Below the pieces are notes generated by a model. It worked only from the letters and a program-made list of their open reading frames with translations. It had not been told where the DNA came from and made no database searches. The translations under genes and the position numbers were made by a program. Source: Bugula neritina (taxonomy: Eukaryota; Animalia; Bryozoa). From it: a DNA stretch of 26,000 nt. The stretch lies in the NCBI GenBank assembly GCA_964035545.1, contig CAXIUT010000280.1, positions 1-26,000 on the forward strand. Reading direction: 5' to 3'. This document shows, one piece after another, positions 1-8,000 of the stretch; position 1 is the stretch's first letter; each line of letters starts with the position of its first letter.

Positions 1-76
1 CATATCAAGTGAACAGACAGTTGAACAACCAAATGAGCAAACAATTAAACAATCAAATGAGCAAACAAAAAACTAG
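1..76 (+). repeat. 12/24-bp degenerate tandem repeat, probably the 3' end of an upstream low-complexity CDS (ISSEQTVEQPNEQTIKQSNEQTKN*)
   Basis: Units agttgaacaacc-aaatgagcaaac / aattaaacaatc-aaatgagcaaac. The frame starting at 2 gives an xEQx tetrapeptide repeat ending at TAG 74-76. The start lies outside the window. Confidence 0.4.
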
Positions 77-101
77 TAGATCGAAAACAAATCCGAAACA
101 C

Positions 102-125
102 AAAAAATGATCTACAACAGCAAAA
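102..125 (-). terminator. RNA polymerase III oligo-T terminator(s) of the tRNA
   Basis: On the minus strand there is T4 at 122-125 and T6 at 102-107, just 3' of the tRNA. Confidence 0.6.
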
Positions 126-133
126 TAAAGACG

Positions 134-206
134 TGCTCCTGGAGGGGGTTGAACCCTCGACATTCGCGTCATAAGCGCGACGCTCTAACCACTGAGCTAC
201 AGGAGC
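134..206 (-). tRNA. trnI-UAU: tRNA-Ile, anticodon UAU, intronless, 73 nt
   Basis: Reverse complement is GCTCCTG TA GCTC AGTGGTTA GAGC G TCGCG CTTATGA CGCGA ATGTC GAGGG TTCAACC CCCTC CAGGAGC A. All four stems pair, A/B-box-like sequences are present, the anticodon is TAT and no CCA is encoded. Confidence 0.96.
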
Positions 207-349
207 AACAGCTCATCGCTAATGGCGACTCTAGTTCAATACTTCAGCACCACCATCACAAGTTACAAAATTTTGATATTTATATACAATATAAAGTCAA
301 TTAGAACCATTTTAGAACGATTTATTCTTTTCCGTTTTATTCACTTTTC

Positions 350-3205
350 ATGCCTTTTTGGCAGCTTTTGACGCGTCTACAAGGCTAAACTACATACATT
401 TTTAGACTAGCAGCAACCTCTTGCTTTGGCGTATTTACTCTTGCTGTGATATTGGCCCTGTCGCGCCTCTATCGCAATTTTTGCTGTCTTGGATTTATCA
501 AAAACGATACGGATTAGCATCCGGTTGCTCAGAAGAGGAAGCTAAGCTCAAATCAGGATGAAAGGAACCCGTTCTCCATCTCAGTCTGTTAAAAACACGA
601 ACAGGAAAGTTTCAACTGCATTCGGATGACAGTAATTTTTTCCTATGCAAACTCATCTCAACTTGTCAGTCCAGCTTTTGATAAGACAAGCAAATTGCAA
701 TCGCACTTCCAAACGTTCCCTGCTTCTCTAACAGAAACAATTTAGTCTCTGCTAGCTTAAATGGCATGGTTTGACAGCTGTGAGTGTCAAGGCGTTTTCA
801 ATATTTCTCCAAACTACGCAAAACTCTGTATGCGAAAGCTGCAAGCTGAATGCGGCGGATTGACTGCAACGTCTGGAACCGGTTGCAGGACCAAGAGTTC
901 TTCGTCTTGAAGACATGGACATCGACGTCTCTATAACTTGACTTTCAAAGAGCGATAAAAATGAATTCAGCAGTCGCTAAATCCGGTTTTATTGCATATA
1001 TTTCATTGCAATCAACCTTATTTAACTCTTTCCGTAATTATGTTGGACTGCTTCTGATTAATTTGGCCTGTTCGCGAATGATTTAGACAGTCACAGGCGA
1101 GCAGGTTCAATTCTCTGACCCAGCTGTCAGTGGAGACATGTTTACAGGTTCCTTCTAGACGCATGGTTGCTTGATTTCATTGGTATTGTTTTAATTGTTG
1201 TTGTCACAGAAAGTCGCCACTAGTTTTGCCTTCTGATACGTGAAAATGTTGTTCAAGTGCCTCGTATGGGGTGGATTTGTCGCACTAGCCCATGCAGTCT
1301 TCTCCACTGTACACTGTAAGTCTGTTTGTTTCTGCTCTATTTTGGGCTGTTCTGACTGTATCTTGCGTTGTCATGCGGTATACACTTGTCCTGGTGGCTT
1401 TGTGATGATAATAATGATATAGATAAGCAGATTTCTTCAGTCGCTGGATTGGAATTGGACTCAGATTTCGTGCCGATTGATGCCAAGATTGAGACTATTC
1501 TTGGGTGTGCCTTAGCCATTGTTGGCGCTTTGGGAATGGTTAAGTTTGATAAGATAGATGGTTCTACGAGGATGAATGATGCGTAAGTTTTCGGGTCAGA
1601 GAAGGTTTTGGTGGATTTGTGTGGCTAAATTTTGTTGGTGTTTTCTTGTTGAAACGAGCAGAACATGGACTGGTTACTTTGATAATGTTAGCTTTAGACT
1701 GTACAATCATCGCGCTAAATACTTGCAGAGTAGAGGCGAGAAAAAGGAGTAAAGTGAAAGCCAAAGTTGTCTCGCTATTGTATGGCCAAACAACTTGCGC
1801 GTACGTAGATCCACACCCTCCTAGTTCTCATCGATATTTGCTGTTATAATAGTGCTCTTCTAGGTTGTGCAAAGTCCTTTCAATTGTATACTCTACTTTG
1901 TGCAGTTCATTTTTAGCTTTATCTCCTTGGGCAGCAAAATGCACGTTTTGTTTGTTGACTCTTTCATTCTGTTCTTCTAGATTTGATGTGGTTTCCGAAA
2001 GTTTAAGCTCGGTTATCATCTGATGTAGATTGTATAGCTGTCCAACCTATAAAAACATCCGTCAATACGCCACTGTGTATTTGAAAAAGTGCATAAAACT
2101 TACCACTGCTGCTGCATTGGTTGTCAGTACCAGTTTCTCCCGCTCGGATGATAATTTTCCAATATCCTAAAAGTTTTGAAAACATTAGAACCAAAGACTT
2201 TCAACGACACTTTTGGACAGCGCGACCAGAGTACGTTTACCACTCAAACCTACCTTGGCACCAAATTTAGCGGAGTTGAGAACCCGAGTATACGCATCAA
2301 TCAGCGTATCAATAGTATCCTTCAAATTTTGTGCAAACGAAGCCTGCTCGGAAGAAACCATTCTCTTTTCAAGTCTTCCACAAATCAATATATTGTCTTT
2401 GCTCCGATAAAAATTAGCAATATCGTTGCTGTCGCGTAGATGAGATTTTTAGTTGGTTTTCAACAACTGACACAAAATGAACCTCGCAATCGTGAAGAAT
2501 CAGTCTGCATAAGAAATCCGTCAAATAACTCAACTTAGAAAACGCAAATAGACATGGAGAAAAGTGTGAAAAACATTCTCATAGTCTTAAGTGCCAACCA
2601 AAAGAATTATTGACGTACTAATAGTTTGAAGAACACATCAACACGGAAAGGGAGAATGAATCAGATAGAGGACTTCAACTATACCTCTGCTTGTATTTTT
2701 CCACAACTGTATTTGATCAATTTTTCCTGTGAATTTGTTATGGAATGCTTTCTTCCAAACAGCCCTTTGTGAATACTTTGGCACTTTCCACAACTAATCT
2801 TCCTCAACTATTTCTTCGCAGAAATGTAAATTGCTCTCGACTTTGATTTGTTCACTTTTCTTTTTTTTTTTGGAACCGTTCTTCTTTGAAATCCTCCTTA
2901 ACAGATTCTGCTTAGCAGCTCCTTCTTCTTCTTGTCAGCAGCAGCAGCTTCTTATTCTTATCAGCAGCAGCAGCTCCTCCTTATTCTTATCAGCAACAGC
3001 AGCTCCTCCTCTTTCCTGTCAGTGGCAGCTCCTTATTCTTATCAGCAGCAGCAGCTCCTCCTTATTCTTATCAGCAACAGCAGCTCCTCCTCTTTCCTGT
3101 CAGTGGCAGCTCCTTCTCCTTCTTATCAGCAGCAGCTCCTCCTTGAAGTAGTCTAGGTCAATTATTCAGTTTTTTGTGTTGTTCATTGAGTAGAACGTTT
3201 TCCAT
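350..3205 (-). pseudogene. Decayed ~2.9 kb gene of unknown family (many nonsense codons and frameshifts)
   Basis: Candidate ATG at 3205 (MENVLLNEQHKKLNN*PRLLQGGAAADK...). Same-strand ORF fragments abut or overlap (2185-2388, 2003-2194, 1828-2019, 1564-1764, 1337-1519). 1828-2019 and 1564-1764 are in one frame separated by a single TGA. A near-continuous frame at ~500-1080 has only sparse stops. No recognisable domain; ends are approximate. Confidence 0.5.
2914..3143 (-). repeat. Minisatellite of 26/29-bp monomers (GGAGCTGCTGCTGCTGATAAGAATAA-like) with an exact 81-bp higher-order duplication
   Basis: 2951-3031 is identical to 3032-3112; about 8 monomers of 26 or 29 bp. Confidence 0.92.
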
Positions 3206-3276
3206 TCAATGTCTTTTTTGTGAATCTTTTAATTTATTTCTCAAGTGTTGCAAAGGTTTAAATTTATTTCTTTTCC

Positions 3277-4077
3277 ATGAACAAAACAGTCAAAAGATTA
3301 ATAAACTGTTTACAAGAAAGAAAGAAAGAAATTTGAGTGGATTTGAAAACACCGATGCCTCGTCTCATTTAAAACAACAAAGAAAATCTAAAAAGCTTTA
3401 ATAAACAAGAAGCAAAGAGATCTAATAAGCTCAACAAATAAGAAGCAAAGAGATTCGAGAGGTTTAACAAATAAGAAGCAAAGAGATTCGAGAGGCTTAA
3501 TAAACAAGAAGCAAAGAGATCTAATAAGCTCAACAAATAAGAAGCAAAGAGATTCGAGAGGCTTAATAAACAAGAAGCAAAGAGAGTCGAGAGGTTTAAC
3601 AAATAAGAAGCAAAGAGATCTAAGAGGTATAATAAGAAAGAACCAAGGAGATCTGAGAGGTATAATAAACAAGAAGCAAAGAGATTTAAGAGGCTTATTA
3701 AACAAGAAGCAAAGAGATTTGAGAGGTTCAATAAATTAAAAGCAAGGAGATCTGAGAGGCTTAAGAAGACGTGCGAGTCCTGAAAAGAAACATTGAATTT
3801 CGCGAATAAGTTTGAACCAGGAGGCGAGAGAGATAGTCTTGGAGTTTCAACAACAAGCTCTTAAAGTTTGATCTTTCCACGGATACGAGAGAAACATTTG
3901 CGAGTTGAAACAGTAACAATCGACGCAACGAACAAAGGTACCCAGGGCAACATTGACACGGAGAAAGAAACAATATTGAGAGGCATTCAAGTAACACAGT
4001 AGGAAGAGGACACCACCTAAAAGAAATAGACTCTTTCAGTCAGACACGTTTCAACAAGAAGTTTGGAATTTGTTTTG
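3277..4077 (+). pseudogene. Decayed charged coiled-coil repeat gene (11-aa repeat LNKQEAKRFER)
   Basis: ATG 3277 is in frame with the 33-bp array: MNKTVKRLINCLQERKKEI*VDLKTPMPRLI*NNKENLKSFNKQEAKRSNKLNK*EAKRFER... There are several internal stops; the 3' end is approximate. Confidence 0.45.
3397..3759 (+). repeat. Tandem array of 11 x 33-bp units
   Basis: Consensus ~CTTAAYAAAYAAGAAGCAAAGAGATTCGAGAGG; units are contiguous with no spacers, and the last four are more diverged. Confidence 0.95.
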
Positions 4078-4162
4078 ATAGGCTTGCAAGAACGCTCGAA
4101 GCAAAGATATATAGACAGATACTGATCACTCCAAAATATTTGTACGGTTTTAAGTAAAAGAC

Positions 4163-5005
4163 ATGACTGAAACGGATTTAAAGCGAAGCTCGAAGGGGCA
4201 GAAACGAGCTTGGAAAACCGGAGCCGGGCAAAATAAACGCAAAAAAGGCCGTGGCTGGACGCAACTAAGTGATTTGAAGAATGGAAGCTCTGGATTTATT
4301 GTCACCACAGAGCAAGGTCGAGAGGGTAAAACACAAGCACAAATGCTTGATTGGTTGAATGAAGTCGTGGAAAGATTAGAGGATACCATTGGTCAAGACG
4401 AGGAGAACGGAAACCCACACCCTGAACTCGCAAGTATATCGAAGGGAATAGAAGCAGAGATTGAAAAGACCAAAAAATTCCACTTGGTTGAACCGGTGCA
4501 AGCCCATGGGAAAAGCGTATTGGTATTTCGTTTGAAGAAAAACAACGTCAATCCCGTGAAAGTTGTAGAACTTTTGTTGGAAGAAATTCTTAACTCTGGA
4601 ACTGTCCGGACCCCATACGCCCATTCAATTCGTCCAGTACAGAGCTTTTGCTTTGCATCTTGCGAAGACCTTGTAAAGGGCCCTAGATCGGAGCTGCTAA
4701 AATCTTTCCTGTCATTGGACAATGTTACTGGAATGACATTTGCAGTTCAACCGCGGCTTAGAGGAATATTACATCGAAACGATGTTGTTGAGACTGTTGT
4801 AGAATTTTTAAAGAGCTCATGTGGCGATGGCTCCGACCAGGAGCTTCCGCTTAAAGTGAACCTTAGTAAGCCTGACATTGTAATACTTGTTGAAGCCTAC
4901 AAAAACATTGCTGGGCTCTCTGTGATTCCGGCTTATAGCAAAATGCACAATCTTAGCTTCGCTCAGGCGTTGAAGTCTTACGAAGAAAAAAAGTCAAACG
5001 AATAA
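4163..5005 (+). CDS. THUMPD1: THUMP domain-containing protein 1 / Tan1-like tRNA ac4C acetyltransferase adaptor, 280 aa
   Basis: Basic N-terminus, then GFIVTT..GRE, RTPY..SIRPVQ, TFAV..RLR...LHRNDVVETV and KVNLSKPDIVILVEAYKNIAGLSVIPAY..MHNL, which match the Tan1/THUMPD1 pattern. Intact and intronless. Confidence 0.85.
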   Translation: MTETDLKRSSKGQKRAWKTGAGQNKRKKGRGWTQLSDLKNGSSGFIVTTEQGREGKTQAQMLDWLNEVVERLEDTIGQDEENGNPHPELASISKGIEAEIEKTKKFHLVEPVQAHGKSVLVFRLKKNNVNPVKVVELLLEEILNSGTVRTPYAHSIRPVQSFCFASCEDLVKGPRSELLKSFLSLDNVTGMTFAVQPRLRGILHRNDVVETVVEFLKSSCGDGSDQELPLKVNLSKPDIVILVEAYKNIAGLSVIPAYSKMHNLSFAQALKSYEEKKSNE

Positions 5006-5032
5006 ATAAGGAGACTTTCTGAAGCACATCAA

Positions 5033-8000
5033 CTATTGTGTATTACAATTTTCAGAGTTGTCGTCTACAATATCCTTCGCAGAATTGGCTTCGTTGTCGA
5101 TATTTTCCTTCAACTTTGGAGTTGATTGCTTCTTTGACTTCGATTTCCCCCCTATAATTTCGTGCTCTCCAGGCTTCGCTCTTTTCGGCTGACCGGAAGC
5201 AGTTTCCGCTGTCGATTTCAAAGATTTTCCGTTCGAATTAGAACGATTCAATTTAGCTAGGTCCTCCTTCAGCTTTCGGTTAGAAACCATAATCTGTAGA
5301 TTTTCAGTTTCAAGAAATACCACTTGTTTCCTCTCAGTCTCTAGTTTCGCCTCCAAGTCTTCCAATTTATTTTGCATTTCCTTTCGTTCATTCGCCAGAG
5401 TCAATTCAATTTCAGATATCTTTTCATTATGGGATGTGCTGCTGTCTGCAACATTTGACGCATAAGATCGCAACCGAGAGTCGTACTCTTGACATTTTGT
5501 CTGTAGCGCCTGCCTGTCTTCCACAAGTTCCTGCAATCTTCCCAGTAAATTATCGATCATTTGAATTCGGTCGGTATTTTCTAGTCCTACAAGCTCGGCT
5601 AGTGAATCTAGCCTCGCATTCAGCTGCTGCATTTGGTAAGAAGCGTTTTGTCCCATGTCACCTAAGTTACCACTCTCATCTTGAGCAGCTAGACGATTCT
5701 TCAAATCCCTCTGAGTTCGAAGTAAAGTTTCATTCTCTGACAAAGCATCCGCATATTGAGACTTCAGTTTCCTATGATCCTCTTTCAGTTGATTAATTCT
5801 CTCCGCTTTTTCTTTCGTGAGCTTTACTCTCTCGAGCTTTTCGATTCTCTCATGAGCTAAGCTGAGATCGTCCTCTAAATGATTCTTGGCGTGTCGAAGC
5901 GACTGGTTCTCGTCGTTCAAATTTTCGATTTCAGTTTTTGAAGCCTCGATAGAAGCAGAAAATTCTCGACAAATATCTTCTGATCTCCTCTTACTTTCTT
6001 CGAGGGCTAGTTCAGCAGCGCAAAGACGATCTTTGGTATCGGAGGATGAGCCTTCCATTTCACTCTTATCTTCTATCGAATGCAGCTTGTTCTTTAAAGC
6101 AGTCAGTTCCTCGCTGAATTGGCTGATTTGTGTGTTTTTTGACTCAAGATCGGTAACAAGCTCAGCATTTCGATCCCTACTCTCGCTAAGGTCTTTTTCA
6201 ACAGATAAAAAAGCCGCAGATGATTCCTTCATCTGCTCTTGAAGCTGAGATACCTTAAGCTGATTCTCTGCAATGCTGCGGTTAGACAGATCGAGGTCGC
6301 ACCGCATTTCGTACAATTTCTCAGTTGAATGGCTAATAGATTTGTTTTTCTCTTCAATTTCTTTTTCGTAGAAGACAATTTTGTTTTCTAAAGCCTTGAG
6401 CGCCGTCTGCATTCCCAATAGCTTCTCCTTTGAGACCATATTCTGGCTGCTCAAATCAATCTCTTTTTCCAATTCCTTCACTTTCGCCTTTAAACTTTCG
6501 TTGGAACACAGAAGATCTTTTGAACCTTCCATTGAAACTTCCAATTCACTACGCAAGGCATGCGCAGCACACTCAGTTTCTTTAAGACACTGCTGTAAAT
6601 CCTGAGAATGTTTCCGTTCTTCTTCCAATGCATCGAATAACTTTGCCTTCTCTGAAGCTTCATGTTTGGCATCTGACTGAAGTTGCGCGATTCGACTCCG
6701 AAAAGTTGCTAAATCATTTTCGTGAGATGAAATACTCTGCTTGAAATGACTCGTGCGCATATCCGACTCTTCTTTGAGTACAGAAATCTCTACATCGTGG
6801 ACAATACTTTCAAGACAGAATTTAACGTCTTCTGCAGTCTTTGCTTCCGAAAGAAACTTTTCCATATCTTCCAACTGCTCCTGGAGGGCTTCCTCCAAAC
6901 GGATACGTTGAGTGAGCTCCTCTTCAAAACGCGTCGAGAGTACACGATAATGCTCACATTGGTACTCAAGATCTTCTCTAATTGATTCGTTGCGTTCGGA
7001 TTCGTCCATGATTGCTCCGATTCGCTTGTTTAGGCTATCCACTGTTGATTCCAGCTTCTCAGTATTCTCAAGCAATTGATCAGATTGTTCTTGCTCACGG
7101 CATTTTCTCTCAAGCTCGGAGCACAAATTTTGTGATTCGCATAGTTCATCACGAACCTTAGTCAAAATTTCCTTATGCAGATTATTATCTTCCTCCAGCT
7201 TATCAATTTTATCTTCATTGGCGCGCAGCTTTGCAACCAAATTGTCTCTCTCGCTTGCAAAGTGGTTCCTTTCCTCTAACACCTTGCTTGAATCATTTTG
7301 AGATCTGTCAAATTCCTGTGCTTTCGACTTTATTTCAGAATTTAACAGCTCTATCTCAGACCGCAGCTTTTTTTCACGCTCGTGAGTTTGTTCACTCACT
7401 CTTGACAATTCATTTTTAAGATTTTCTACCTCACGCGCCTTTGAAGATGCCTCATTTGCTTCTTGGCTGCAAGTAATTTCCATATTGATGAGCACTTCTT
7501 CTAGTCTCAAAATTTCTGATTTTAGAGAATCTCGTTCGGACACTGCTAAGCTTGCTTGCTTTTGTTCTTCCGTGACGAGGCGGAGAAGTTCAGCTTTTGA
7601 CTTTTCAGCTTCTGCCAATGACTTATCTAGCTTTGATTGAAGCGAGGATAACTCTTCGTCTTTCGATGAAATGCTTTCAATCATCGACTGAACAAGATCA
7701 TGCTTCTCGGAGTCGACTTTCTTTAGACACTCGACCATTGCATTCTCATGTTCTTGAGTTTGAGTGCGCAGCAGCTCTTCATAGCTTGATTTTGCTTGTG
7801 ACAAATCGGATTGCAATCCTAAAACCTGACGTTTCAAACCAGCTACCTCAGATTCCAATGATACGAGTTGATCTGTTTTTATTGATTGTTCTTTGCTTTC
7901 GAAACGAACCTGATCAAGGGCAGCCGACAACTTAGAAGACGTTTCTTTGCTAACGCAAAGTTCACCTTGTACTTTTTCAAGTTGCTCAGATAAAAATGCA

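Noticed and set aside
107-304. 65-aa plus-strand ORF
   Set aside because: It is antisense to the tRNA gene and has no protein features.
279-322. TATA-like tract and TTAGAACCATT/TTAGAACGATT direct repeat as an element terminus or target-site duplication
   Set aside because: I found no matching copy at the other end of the decayed block (~4050-4160), and it is too short to support a call.
2831-3156. Plus-strand poly-Q/S/L ORFs
   Set aside because: They are by-products of the CAG/CTC-rich minisatellite; the peptide simply cycles through the repeat's three frames.
3397-3759. CRISPR-like array (33-bp periodicity)
   Set aside because: Units are contiguous with no unique spacers, there are no cas genes, and the context is eukaryotic.
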